Origin: a virus
Direction: 5' to 3' (one strand)
Length of the DNA stretch: 15,138 nucleotides
Virus genome (UHGV): UHGV-0077319
The notes beneath the pieces are model-generated. The model did no database searches and was not told the origin of the DNA. It saw only the letters and a list, made by a program, of their open reading frames with translations. The position numbers and the translations under genes are program-made. Below, piece after piece: positions 1 through 8,139 of the stretch (the first letter of the stretch is position 1; every line of letters starts with the position of its first letter).

Positions 1-1100
1 GGCCATGGAACAGGCACACCAACAGGTAATGCAGAGCCTTCTCCCAAACCAAGGTATGCGAGAAGACCAGCTACATCCTTTCCACTCAAATTAGTCAGCG
101 TATTGTCCAGCGGTTGTTTACCTGCCAGCGCATTAAGCATTGTCGTGGCAAAGTTCGGGTCATTCCCCAGCGCCGCAGCCAGTTCGTTCAGTGTATCCAG
201 TGCAGCAGGTGCAGACCCCACCATTGCCGCAATTGCCGATTTCACAAAAGCCGTGGTGGCAATCTGTGTATTGTTAACCGACTGTGCGGCAGTGGGGGCT
301 GTTGGCGTTCCGGTGAGTGCCGGACTTAACAGCGGCGCTTTCAGTGCCAGCGCATTGTTAATGGTGGTACTGAATTTCGGGTCATTATTAATGGCAGCGG
401 CAATTTCTTTCAGCGTATCCAGTGTGGCTGGCGCACCATTAATAAGGGCCATCAGTGCCGCCTGAACAAACGCGGTGGTCGCAATCTGCGTGGTGTTATT
501 CCCCTCCGCTGGCGTTGGCGCTTTGGGTGTTCCGGTCAATGTCGGGCTTTCTTTGGGGGCATACTGTGAATGCGGGTCCGGTGCGGCAAGATGTTTTGCC
601 ATCTTATCATCCACGAACACCTTCAGCTCCAGTACCTTATCATCCACATACTTGCGGGTTGCCAGCACGACGGCAGGGTCGATTTTCAGGGTGATATTGT
701 CCGTGCTGCTGGTAATCAGCACCATGCGCACGGTCTGGGTGCGCCCGCTGCCTTCAGCCAGTTGCGGCTTATAGCTTTCCGGGCAGTTGCCTACGGCAAT
801 CAATGCCCCGGACTCATCAAACAGACCCACTTCACGTATCCACCAACCACCCTCATTTTCAGGGATCACCTGTTCAGCAATAATCTGGCTGCTGTTCTGC
901 GGGTCGATATAGAGCATATTCAGCGCAGCCCGGCGTTTCTCATTTACCAGTGCCGTCTGCTTTGCGTCCGGCGTCGGCAATGCTCCGCCGCCATCGCCCA
1001 CCGCCATATGGGTAATTTTTAGCGGCACACCGAGCGCGGCGGCGCTGGCAAGTTTCGCCGCGCCAATATCCGTCAGCAGGGTATAAAATTTTGTGCTCAT
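1..1100 (-). CDS. H: tail fibre protein gpH, N-terminal part (3' end lies beyond the window start)
   Basis: Minus-strand ATG at 1100 (reverse complement of cat 1098..1100). My hand translation begins MSTKFYTLLTDIGAAKLA and resembles the P2 gpH N-terminus. No minus-strand stop down to position 1. Overlaps the gpI stop by 4 nt. Confidence 0.8.
   Translation of the reverse strand, partial: MSTKFYTLLTDIGAAKLASAAALGVPLKITHMAVGDGGGALPTPDAKQTALVNEKRRAALNMLYIDPQNSSQIIAEQVIPENEGGWWIREVGLFDESGALIAVGNCPESYKPQLAEGSGRTQTVRMVLITSSTDNITLKIDPAVVLATRKYVDDKVLELKVFVDDKMAKHLAAPDPHSQYAPKESPTLTGTPKAPTPAEGNNTTQIATTAFVQAALMALINGAPATLDTLKEIAAAINNDPKFSTTINNALALKAPLLSPALTGTPTAPTAAQSVNNTQIATTAFVKSAIAAMVGSAPAALDTLNELAAALGNDPNFATTMLNALAGKQPLDNTLTNLSGKDVAGLLAYLGLGEGSALPVGVPVPW
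117..495. repeat. two diverged tandem copies (~220 bp period) inside the tail fibre gene
   Basis: The segment starting near 120 (tgccagcgcatt...gtatccagtg...ggcaatctgtgt) recurs near 340 (tgccagcgcatt...gtatccagtg...cgcaatctgcgtggtgtt), with shared anchors visible by eye. The plus-strand shadow ORF 103..465 shows the same internal repetition. Confidence 0.7.
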
Positions 1101-1702
1101 GGATTCACTCTCATTGTGTCAATAACATGGACCGCCCCGCCTTCATGCGCGGTGCCGCCGGAAATAATTGTTTCGTTGATATACGGATAGATCGTGATTT
1201 CTTCGCCAAGATAACTGGCGGCTCCCACCCAATGCGGACCGCTGGTCTGCAGATTGATGGACATGCCGATCATGTGACGGCTACATGGTTTGGCATCGCT
1301 TATCAGTCGCTCAAGTTCCAGATAGGTATCTTCAGTGATGCCCTGGTCCTGCACACCAATGTCCAGACGAAACGTGCCCGGTGTTTCTCCGGTCTGCCAC
1401 CACTCAATAATGCGGATCAGGAAGCCGAACGGCTCCACCACCCGCCGTACGGCACTGGTGGTTCCTTTGTGCTGATGAATATAAAAAGCATCCTTCACTA
1501 CCTGGCGTTTGACGCTTTCTGTCCAGCCCTCGTCCCAGCGATCCACAGAGAACGCCCAGGCGAGATAAGGCAGGAAACTGACCGGACAGGTTGCCGGATT
1601 CCACAAGTCACGCAGTGACACCTGCAGATCAGAAATCCCGCTACAGGTTTGCGCCAGTCGGCGCTCCAGTGGCGTTGAACCCGGTGGCAGCAGACTATTC
1701 AT
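1097..1702 (-). CDS. I: baseplate assembly protein gpI
   Basis: 201 aa ORF. The motif RDLWNPATCPVSFLPYLAWAFSVDRWDEGW matches the conserved P2 gpI core (ELWNPDTCP...LAWAFSVDRWDE). Confidence 0.85.
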   Translation of the reverse strand: MNSLLPPGSTPLERRLAQTCSGISDLQVSLRDLWNPATCPVSFLPYLAWAFSVDRWDEGWTESVKRQVVKDAFYIHQHKGTTSAVRRVVEPFGFLIRIIEWWQTGETPGTFRLDIGVQDQGITEDTYLELERLISDAKPCSRHMIGMSINLQTSGPHWVGAASYLGEEITIYPYINETIISGGTAHEGGAVHVIDTMRVNP

Positions 1703-2603
1703 CCGTTCCCCCGTTGGTCACGCTCCACTGAGTACATGATGCCGCCTGCGTTTTGTTCAGGACCACATCAGCCAGCGGTGAAGCCAGCTCCACACGTTGA
1801 ACACCCTCAACATGCAGCGCGGCAAAAATAGCACTACGGCGAATATCCCGACCGAGCCGCGTCTGACTGGCGATGTACCTCTGCAGGCTGACTTTTGCTG
1901 CTGCCATTACCGGCTCTGCTTCCGGTCCCGGATAAAGAAAAATGGTAGCTTCCACACGGTACGGGATGATTTCTGCGCTGCGAACCGTCAGACGGTCAGC
2001 CACCGGGCGGACGTTCTCACTGTTCAGGGCTTTCTCCACCACATCCAGCAAGTCTTTTTCTGCTGTTCCGTCGCCTTCACGACTCAGGACAGTCAGTACC
2101 ACCTCTGCAGGTGCCGGACTGGTTGCACTGGCATCCGCCACCCGACCGTCGGCGCTTCGGGCATGAAATTCATAAGCTGCAGTTGGTCCCGCAACTGAAA
2201 GCCCTTCAAAGGCTGCAGGCACACGCAGGCGTAACGCTTCATCGCTTTCCATCACAGCTGCAACGGGCGGCACAGCGTCATTATCAGCAGGCGTCACCGT
2301 CAGGCGTTTCACGTTGTAGTTGGCAGCGAGCTGGTCAAGATCGCCGCCCATCGCGTAAGCCACCATCACCGCCTGCGCGGCTTCGTTAATGCGCTGGCGC
2401 AGAAGCAACTCACGGTAAGCATTCTCCTGCAACAATTTGGTGACGGGTTCAGATTCCAGTTCCAGCGTGCGGATCACTGCTTCCTGCTCATCTTTCGGAT
2501 GAAGCGCCACAAATTCTGCCTTGCGTTCGGCAAGCAGCGTCTCAAAGTCCGGCACATCCACAATCTGCGGTGCAGGCAACTGCGAAAGGTCAATCACTGC
2601 CAT
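1695..2603 (-). CDS. J: baseplate assembly protein gpJ
   Basis: The track ORF 1695..2642 starts at an upstream Met. The P2-like N-terminus MAVIDLSQLPAPQIVDVPDFETLLAERKA begins at the ATG at 2603 (cat 2601..2603). The C-terminus ends ...VTNGGTDE like P2 gpJ. Confidence 0.85.
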   Translation of the reverse strand: MAVIDLSQLPAPQIVDVPDFETLLAERKAEFVALHPKDEQEAVIRTLELESEPVTKLLQENAYRELLLRQRINEAAQAVMVAYAMGGDLDQLAANYNVKRLTVTPADNDAVPPVAAVMESDEALRLRVPAAFEGLSVAGPTAAYEFHARSADGRVADASATSPAPAEVVLTVLSREGDGTAEKDLLDVVEKALNSENVRPVADRLTVRSAEIIPYRVEATIFLYPGPEAEPVMAAAKVSLQRYIASQTRLGRDIRRSAIFAALHVEGVQRVELASPLADVVLNKTQAASCTQWSVTNGGTDE

Positions 2604-2949
2604 TCTCTGCTCCTGTTGATACGGAAAGGGACACAGGCACACCGTTATTCCGCCGCCCGGTCAGCTCCACCACCATAGAACCGTCAAAGTTGCTGTTGAT
2701 GGTGATGGAATCCAGCGTCAGCCGTGGCTCCCAGCGACTCAGCGCCACATACACTGCCGACATGACCTGCAGGCGTAATGCCGGATTTTGTGGCTGGTCT
2801 ATCAGTGCCGACAGCAGGGAACCATATTCACGACGGGCAATGCGGCTACCCTGCGGCGTCAGCAAAATGTCCCGCACCGACTGGCGCAGATGGTCAATAT
2901 CAGTAATGGCTTTACCGCTGGTATTGTTCATCCCGATATAAAGCGTCAT
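2590..2949 (-). CDS. W: baseplate wedge protein gpW
   Basis: 119 aa. GMNNTSGKAITDIDHLRQSVRDILLTPQGSRIARREYGSLL is similar to P2 gpW. Overlaps the gpJ start by 14 nt and gpV by 4 nt. Confidence 0.85.
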   Translation of the reverse strand: MTLYIGMNNTSGKAITDIDHLRQSVRDILLTPQGSRIARREYGSLLSALIDQPQNPALRLQVMSAVYVALSRWEPRLTLDSITINSNFDGSMVVELTGRRNNGVPVSLSVSTGAENGSD

Positions 2950-3524
2950 ACCGGGCCTCCGGTGGTGTCGCCGCCTTTCAGGACGCCAGTATGCTGATGC
3001 GCATCAACCACGATCCCGTTAGAACTCATTGCACCGCCGCCCTGGGTAACGCCACCATTGATCACCACCTCACTGTTAATACGCGTGCGGTCAGCCTCCA
3101 GTACAAACTCACTGGTTTTCAGGGTGATATTGTCAGTGGCCTCAATGACCATAGATTTGATGCCCCTGACATACCAGAGCCCGGTGGCGGGTTCGTATTC
3201 AAACCAGCCACCGTCAGGATGTTCTGTCACGCAGGCGTCCGCCGACGTCGACGGTGGAGCGAACTGATTCGAATAGACAGCGGGCAGCGCAAAGGCAGTT
3301 TCCAGATTACCGCCCAGACTCAGCAGCACCACCTGCTCACCTTCCGATGGTCGCCACCATGTCCGGGCATTTCCTGCACGCAGCGTCAGCCAACTGATCC
3401 AGTTAGTTTCAAGCTCGCCCGTTTTCACTCGGCAAAGCCAGTTTTCCCTGTCCACTTCGGTGACTACCCCAGTGCGGATCAGGTTGGTGATAAGGCGCAT
3501 GATTTCGGTAAGTTGTGCGTTCAT
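2946..3524 (-). CDS. V: baseplate spike/assembly protein gpV
   Basis: 192 aa. MNAQLTEIMRLITNLIRTGVVTEVDRENWLCRVKTG...TWWRPSEGEQ is similar to P2 gpV. This is the first gene of the V-W-J-I-H operon. Confidence 0.85.
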   Translation of the reverse strand: MNAQLTEIMRLITNLIRTGVVTEVDRENWLCRVKTGELETNWISWLTLRAGNARTWWRPSEGEQVVLLSLGGNLETAFALPAVYSNQFAPPSTSADACVTEHPDGGWFEYEPATGLWYVRGIKSMVIEATDNITLKTSEFVLEADRTRINSEVVINGGVTQGGGAMSSNGIVVDAHQHTGVLKGGDTTGGPV

Positions 3525-3611
3525 GGGGCTGATTCTTGCATGCTAAAAGAAATAAGATCTCCTGTTCAAAAATGTATGAACTCCTATACAATGTATTTCC
3601 CATGAAAATTT
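3525..3611. promoter_or_regulatory. divergent control region between gpV (minus) and the moron ORF (plus); contains a TGT-N12-ACA dyad
   Basis: TGTatgaactcctatACA at 3573..3590 fits the TGT-N12-ACA Ogr/Delta activator-site consensus of P2 late promoters. A sigma70-like pair TTCAAA (3565..3570) and TACAAT (3587..3592) with 16 nt spacing reads toward the plus strand. Confidence 0.35.
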
Positions 3612-4214
3612 ATGGAATTGCTAAAAGTGAACGAAGATAATCAACCTGAAAAAGAAACCAATATCTTGAATAAATGGTCACCCAGGGACTTACTTAATCC
3701 TTTTACTGAACTCTTTACAATATTCACATCAAAAAATGATAACGAAGTGGAAAACGCAGCTGAAAATTTTCAGATGCGAATTCAAAAACTAATATTCTTC
3801 ACATTAACTTTACTACTTCTTACGAAAGGTTTTTTTGAAATACTACAAACTCTAACTTTTTTAGAACAACCCCTTATTCTTCATTTCCCACTCTTAAATG
3901 AACCTTTAGTGTTTTATAAAGACCATGGCATTGCTGGTAGCCTTTTAAGAATAAAATCACTAGTATTTGTAGCCAATGCATTAGCTCTTTCATGCGGTTT
4001 TCAGCTGGCATACATGCTTGTAACAAAGGGACCAGATGAAGCCGTAGAACCAATTATGTTGGGTATCGCCTCTGCTATTCTTTTAATTCTTTCTGATAGT
4101 TCTCCTGCAGAATGGGGGCTGGAGAAATCCTTAGCTATATTCTTTTTAATAATAAGCATCCCAATTTTATATTGGTCATCAAGAAAAATGAAAAAAGATA
4201 AAGATAACGAATGA
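3612..4214 (+). CDS. hypothetical polytopic membrane protein (AT-rich moron at the S/V junction)
   Basis: 200 aa ORF on the strand opposite to the late genes, in markedly AT-rich DNA with AT-rich codon usage. At least four hydrophobic helices (LIFFTLTLLLLTKGFF, ALSCGFQLAYMLV, IMLGIASAILLILS, LAIFFLIISIPILYW). No clear SD; the true start could be a downstream Met (for example MRIQKL). Confidence 0.55.
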   Translation: MELLKVNEDNQPEKETNILNKWSPRDLLNPFTELFTIFTSKNDNEVENAAENFQMRIQKLIFFTLTLLLLTKGFFEILQTLTFLEQPLILHFPLLNEPLVFYKDHGIAGSLLRIKSLVFVANALALSCGFQLAYMLVTKGPDEAVEPIMLGIASAILLILSDSSPAEWGLEKSLAIFFLIISIPILYWSSRKMKKDKDNE

Positions 4215-4240
4215 CACATTATTTTTCTTTATAGGTATAT

Positions 4241-4687
4241 TTATCTAAATAGCCAGCACAGAATAGCGTCACGGGTAACTATTTCCACTTCATCACTAAC
4301 GCCTAGTAGTCTACGCTCTGCATAGCGGACCTCCGGTCCTCTTCGACTGACGCGATCACGCAGGCCGTAATGGTGAACACGGGCAATGCGCTGTACCTTG
4401 CCTTCAAACTGCACGCTGGCAGAGTCGGCGCTGGCGGCAGTTTTCAGGTATTTTGTGGTGCGCAGCTTTGTAAACATCTGACGTTTGATGCGCCCCTTTT
4501 TGCTGCGTGCTGTTACCCGTCGCGGCTCATAACTGCTGCCATCTGGATTGCGCTGCATCCTGATGTTCTGCTGCTGTGTCCGGCGCAGTTCCTGCGCCAG
4601 CTGGCGCATCATGCGGCTTCTGGTGGCTGGCTCCAGATTCGCCAGCAAGGCACTCAGCCAGTCGTCCACTTTCTGCAGTTCAGCCAC
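4241..4687 (-). CDS. S: tail completion / virion morphogenesis protein gpS
   Basis: 148 aa ORF in the S position, last gene of the O-to-S operon. Size and position match P2 gpS (about 150 aa). Confidence 0.75.
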   Translation of the reverse strand: MAELQKVDDWLSALLANLEPATRSRMMRQLAQELRRTQQQNIRMQRNPDGSSYEPRRVTARSKKGRIKRQMFTKLRTTKYLKTAASADSASVQFEGKVQRIARVHHYGLRDRVSRRGPEVRYAERRLLGVSDEVEIVTRDAILCWLFR

Positions 4688-5132
4688 GTTTCACCGTCCA
4701 CATTTCTTCAGGTTCATCAGGTTCCGCTATAGCTTCAACGCTCGACACACTGCCGTCAGTGCTGACCAGCACACGCTCCGTCAGTTGCAGGTTCAGGCTG
4801 ATATCACAGACATCGTTGCGCAGAATATCCACCTCAAAGGTGAATAGCTTTTCCCGTAACGCCGGGTTATTGATGGCATCGGGCTGGTTATCACGCAGCC
4901 ACAGCAAAACCGGGGCCATCAACAGATTCTGGTCACCACTGAAATCCTCTATCACCACGTTCAGGGTGTAGCGGTACTCCCATGACATGGAGCTGGCCCC
5001 CGTGGCAACCAGCGAACCGTTATCCACAAACAGATGCAGTTTGTCCGGGTTATTACGGACATAAGGCACTGCTTTATTAATGGCGTGGCGCAGGGATTGT
5101 GGTTTGTTCACTATTTCGCTCCTGACACGCAA
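4680..5132 (-). CDS. R: tail completion protein gpR
   Basis: 150 aa. NPDKLHLFVDNGSL...RYTLNVVIEDFSGDQNLLMAPVLLWLRDNQPD parallels P2 gpR (NPDMLRIFVDNGSI...RYTLNVIVTDFTGD...VPVLAWLRENQPD). Confidence 0.8.
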   Translation of the reverse strand: MRVRSEIVNKPQSLRHAINKAVPYVRNNPDKLHLFVDNGSLVATGASSMSWEYRYTLNVVIEDFSGDQNLLMAPVLLWLRDNQPDAINNPALREKLFTFEVDILRNDVCDISLNLQLTERVLVSTDGSVSSVEAIAEPDEPEEMWTVKRG

Positions 5133-5364
5133 TAATCATGTCCACTTTGTCGGCACAGACCGCCCAGGCGGCCTCCGTTTCATCCAGCAACGCGTTCAGA
5201 TCACCGTTAGTGCGCGGCGCTGCCTGATCCAGTCGACACGGCGTCACCCGCGGACAACCACTGACGGTAAGCTGCACCTCCGGTAAATGCCGGACGTTTC
5301 CGCAGCCGGATAATGTCAGCAGGCAAAGGAGTATCAGCCCAGCGGCGTAAATCCTCGTTCTCAC
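5077..5364 (-). CDS. lysC: LysC-like o-spanin (outer-membrane lipoprotein), out of frame within and beyond lysB
   Basis: 95 aa with a signal peptide and lipobox (LILLCLLTLSGC). It starts inside the lysB frame and extends past the lysB stop, the embedded/overlapped spanin architecture of Rz/Rz1 and P2 lysB/lysC. The exact start is uncertain. Confidence 0.55.
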   Translation of the reverse strand: MRTRIYAAGLILLCLLTLSGCGNVRHLPEVQLTVSGCPRVTPCRLDQAAPRTNGDLNALLDETEAAWAVCADKVDMIIACQERNSEQTTIPAPRH

Positions 5365-5635
5365 GTTTCAGTTCCTCGATCCGGCGTTGTCGTTGTCTCA
5401 GCTGTGCGCTGGTCTGTTCTGCTTCGGCATAGAGCCGCGCCTGCTCCCGGTTATTGGTTTCATTCAGAATGGACAGGCTGATAAGCTGGCTGTTGCTCTT
5501 TGCCAGTGCCTGGCTTTTGCTCTGCAGCTCGTTTGCCTGCGTGCTGATGGTCTGGCTGGCATCAGCCAGCCGCCACGTCTGCCAGCCCAGCGCCGCCAGT
5601 AATAACGCCAGCACAACCAGCAGCAACCGGTTCAT
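5207..5635 (-). CDS. lysB: LysB-like i-spanin (Rz-like)
   Basis: 142 aa. N-terminal TM helix MNRLLLVVLALLLAALGW followed by a charged coiled-coil-like segment (EQARLYAEAEQTSAQLRQRQRRIEELKRENEDLRR). Sits in the lysis-cassette position. Confidence 0.7.
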   Translation of the reverse strand: MNRLLLVVLALLLAALGWQTWRLADASQTISTQANELQSKSQALAKSNSQLISLSILNETNNREQARLYAEAEQTSAQLRQRQRRIEELKRENEDLRRWADTPLPADIIRLRKRPAFTGGAAYRQWLSAGDAVSTGSGSAAH

Positions 5636-6009
5636 GCTGCTACCTGTTGCGCCATCTGATTACGGGTGATCCAGAAGGCAATAACGGTCAGTAGATAAAA
5701 GACTAGGGTAATAGCCCACCCCGTCCATGCGAGACTTACAACAATCAGCAATCGCATCACCCAACTGATAAATACGTTTTCTTTTCGGGTAATTGTCTTC
5801 AGCAAAGATGCCCTTAACTCCTGCCAGAGCGGGCCATTCTGAATTAACGCAGCCAGTGCTACCGGAATTACCGCCCATGTCAGCAAACAGGCTACCCAAA
5901 CGCCGGACGCTGCCAGTACCGGAAAGATCCCCTGCGGATACACCATTGCTGCGATTAACAGCGCCATCCATAACATCAGAAACAGTCCGCTGATTAATTT
6001 CTTTTTCAT
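5632..6009 (-). CDS. lysA: LysA-like multi-pass membrane protein (putative lysis regulator/antiholin)
   Basis: The track ORF 5632..6081 has an unlikely upstream start. MKKKLISGLFLMLWMALLIAAMV begins at the ATG at 6009 (cat 6007..6009). About 126 aa with four hydrophobic helices. Position is as for P2 lysA. Confidence 0.65.
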   Translation of the reverse strand: MKKKLISGLFLMLWMALLIAAMVYPQGIFPVLAASGVWVACLLTWAVIPVALAALIQNGPLWQELRASLLKTITRKENVFISWVMRLLIVVSLAWTGWAITLVFYLLTVIAFWITRNQMAQQVAA

Positions 6010-6010
6010 T

Positions 6011-6523
6011 TCAGTTTGCTCCCTGTAAACACCAGGCCATCTCCCGCGCACGGCGGTTATCCAGCCCCTGATTAAACACACCTTTTACATAAACCCAGCG
6101 CGGCAACTGTCGGCACGCATCCGCCCAGCGCCGCTGATTGAGCAATTTCACCAGCGTGGAACTACAGGCATTGCCCGTCCCCACGTTGAAGGCAAACGAC
6201 ACCGTAGCGTCATACACCTTCTGTGGTGGCTGTTGCTTCACACACCTTTCCAGTGCCCGCTCCACACGCAGCACGTTGGAGATCAGCCCTTCTGCTGCCT
6301 GTCGTTCCGTGATTGTTTTGCCGGGAATGACGCCCGATGTATTACCAATGCCGTCGGTCCAGACACCCGCGCTGCACTGATACGGCTGCAGACGACAGCC
6401 TTCGTAATCGGCAATCAGTTTCAGCCCCTCCACGGAGGTGTGAAGCTGCTGAAAACCCGGCAGCGTGGCAGCAATAGCCAGCACGACCCCGACAAGGCAG
6501 CGTTTAACGATTGATGGATTCAT
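6011..6523 (-). CDS. phage lysozyme (T4/P21-type, GH24-like) with a probable N-terminal SAR signal-anchor-release domain
   Basis: 170 aa. Weakly hydrophobic Gly/Ala-rich N-terminus (VKRCLVGVVLAIAATLPG), then a lysozyme core (EGLKLIADYEGCRLQPYQCSAGVWTDGIGNT; FNVGTGNACSSTLVKLLN) resembling the P21 R21 SAR endolysin. Confidence 0.85.
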   Translation of the reverse strand: MNPSIVKRCLVGVVLAIAATLPGFQQLHTSVEGLKLIADYEGCRLQPYQCSAGVWTDGIGNTSGVIPGKTITERQAAEGLISNVLRVERALERCVKQQPPQKVYDATVSFAFNVGTGNACSSTLVKLLNQRRWADACRQLPRWVYVKGVFNQGLDNRRAREMAWCLQGAN

Positions 6524-6719
6524 AGTCCTCCCGCGAGATCTGCCCGTCGCGCAGAAGCTGGTAGGCTTTGTGTTTGTAGTACCAGTTGATAGCCAGCATC
6601 AGCACACCAATCATCAGGCCGCCCAGCGTTGAGGCATCCTTGATGGACAAATCGCCCAGCCAGGCCAGCACGACGGCGATGCAATACGTGATAAAGGCGC
6701 TGATTCGCTCAAGCGTCAT
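6504..6719 (-). CDS. small holin, two predicted TM helices (pinholin-like)
   Basis: 71 aa. Two hydrophobic segments (ISAFITYCIAVVLAWL and LGGLMIGVLMLAINWYY) and a charged C-tail. Lies immediately upstream of, and overlaps, the lysozyme gene. Confidence 0.65.
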   Translation of the reverse strand: MTLERISAFITYCIAVVLAWLGDLSIKDASTLGGLMIGVLMLAINWYYKHKAYQLLRDGQISREDYESINR

Positions 6720-6722
6720 AAT

Positions 6723-6926
6723 TCAGTCCCATAGCTGGACGGTCTGCACGGTGGTGGTTGTCGGAATGTCCGGCAGCTCCACCTGCAGCCCGTGAGGTAA
6801 AAAGGGGCCGTATTCGGCAAGCCCCGGATTTGCCTTCAGTACCTGCTCCGTGACACCCTGCGTGCGCCCGTAATGACGCCAGCAAAGCGCGTCCACCGTG
6901 TCATACTGATGCGCACGCACTTTCAT
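6723..6926 (-). CDS. X: tail protein gpX
   Basis: 67 aa, the same size and position as P2 gpX (between L and the lysis genes). Confidence 0.75.
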   Translation of the reverse strand: MKVRAHQYDTVDALCWRHYGRTQGVTEQVLKANPGLAEYGPFLPHGLQVELPDIPTTTTVQTVQLWD

Positions 6927-7390
6927 CAGATAAGCTCCACTGTGCAGTGCGGCGCATCCTGTACCCGGCTGATGGCCCAGCGGGCGTCACGCCACAAATC
7001 ACCGCTTGCTTCCGCCTGTTCCTCGCCCCGCTTCACACCGGACGCCGTGGCGTCATAGTCCTGATAACGCTCATTGAGCATGGCGCGTGCCCAGCAGTAA
7101 ACCGCGTTGAAATAGTGATGAATGCGCTCACTTTTGCCGTCCAGCTGTTCCGCCGGAACCTCAGCCAGCGACGCATACCCCAGCATCTGCTGACGTCTGC
7201 GAAACTCATACAGCTCTGCGTTGACCTCCGAAATTGCCGACAGCGCAACCTGCTTTAAACGCGGCTGCGTCACCGTGCCGTCAGTGCGCATGACACTGCG
7301 AAACTCCGACAAGTCCACATCAGGCCAGAACGGCGTATTTCTGATGATTTCCGCCTGTTCCGGTACCTGTTCTGGCGCAACAAACTTCAT
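6926..7390 (-). CDS. L: head completion/stabilisation protein gpL
   Basis: The track ORF extends to 7453. The ATG at 7390 (MKFVAPEQ...) is preceded by AGGAGA on the minus strand (reverse complement of tctcct 7398..7403) and gives a P2 gpL-sized product. IIRNTPFWPDVDLSEFRSVMRTDGTVT is similar to P2 gpL. Confidence 0.8.
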   Translation of the reverse strand: MKFVAPEQVPEQAEIIRNTPFWPDVDLSEFRSVMRTDGTVTQPRLKQVALSAISEVNAELYEFRRRQQMLGYASLAEVPAEQLDGKSERIHHYFNAVYCWARAMLNERYQDYDATASGVKRGEEQAEASGDLWRDARWAISRVQDAPHCTVELI

Positions 7391-7485
7391 GCTGCTTTCT
7401 CCTGAAATAAAGGGCGGTGGACGGGGTTTTGATGTGGCTGTGCCTTTCGCCACCCCGTGCCGCCCGTGCGCGGGGGCACGTTCTG

Positions 7486-8136
7486 TCAGCGGCTGTCATT
7501 GCGCAGTCTGCGCTCCAGCTGCTGTTTGTCTTTTTTCACGCCACAGCGGGGATCGAGCTGTAACGCATGGTTGAGATGATTAAGGGCGGAAGCCGGATTG
7601 CTTTCACTCAGGACAGCGCCAATCGCTTTATGCAGACGCGCCCGTGACTGGTCTGGCATATCCAGACCGTCTGTCAGCTCCAGCGTCTGCAGCAACAGAT
7701 CGGCATCAAAGCCGGTGGCGGCAAGCATTGCGCTCTGCGCTGCATCTGCCATTTCCTCTGCCAGCACGGTCTGCACGTTGCGGTTACCCAGCGGCATCAC
7801 CCAGCCATGACGCAGGGCATGACGCCCAATATCCAGCGCCCCGGCATAATCTCCGGCATCAATGCGCCACAGCATCACGTACATCAGCACGTCATCCTGT
7901 TGAGCGCCTCCGGCAGCCAGGACGCCCTCCGCCCAGGCGGCATATTTCGGCAGCAGCTCCACCTTGATTTCCGCTTTTTTCACCGTGGACTGAACGCCCT
8001 TGAGACGGCGGCGGTCTTCCGCCAGTTGCAGCAGCATCAGGTCATAGCCCGACGCGTGGCGAACACTGCCGCCCTCACGGGCGGCCTGTTCAGCCTGAAC
8101 GCGCAGGCGATGCTGCCGTGCGGGACTCAGGCTCAT
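7486..8136 (-). CDS. M: terminase small (endonuclease) subunit gpM
   Basis: 216 aa. LPKYAAWAEGVL...GGAQQDDVLMYVMLWRIDAGDYAGALDIGRHALRHG is similar to P2 gpM. Sits between N and L. Confidence 0.85.
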   Translation of the reverse strand: MSLSPARQHRLRVQAEQAAREGGSVRHASGYDLMLLQLAEDRRRLKGVQSTVKKAEIKVELLPKYAAWAEGVLAAGGAQQDDVLMYVMLWRIDAGDYAGALDIGRHALRHGWVMPLGNRNVQTVLAEEMADAAQSAMLAATGFDADLLLQTLELTDGLDMPDQSRARLHKAIGAVLSESNPASALNHLNHALQLDPRCGVKKDKQQLERRLRNDSR

Positions 8137-8139
8137 GGT

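Noticed and set aside
4215-4240. Possible terminator between the convergent moron and gpS
   Set aside because: The 26 bp gap is AT-rich but has no identifiable hairpin stem.
5660-5971. 103 aa minus-strand ORF inside the lysA region
   Set aside because: It is an alternative frame of the lysA locus. The lysA frame gives a coherent four-helix membrane protein at the position expected from P2, and this frame does not.
7391-7485. GC-rich ~95 bp spacer between gpM and gpL with apparent partial dyads (possible structured element or terminator)
   Set aside because: I could not find a clean stem of useful length by eye. Only short imperfect complementarities were present, so no call is made without RNA folding.
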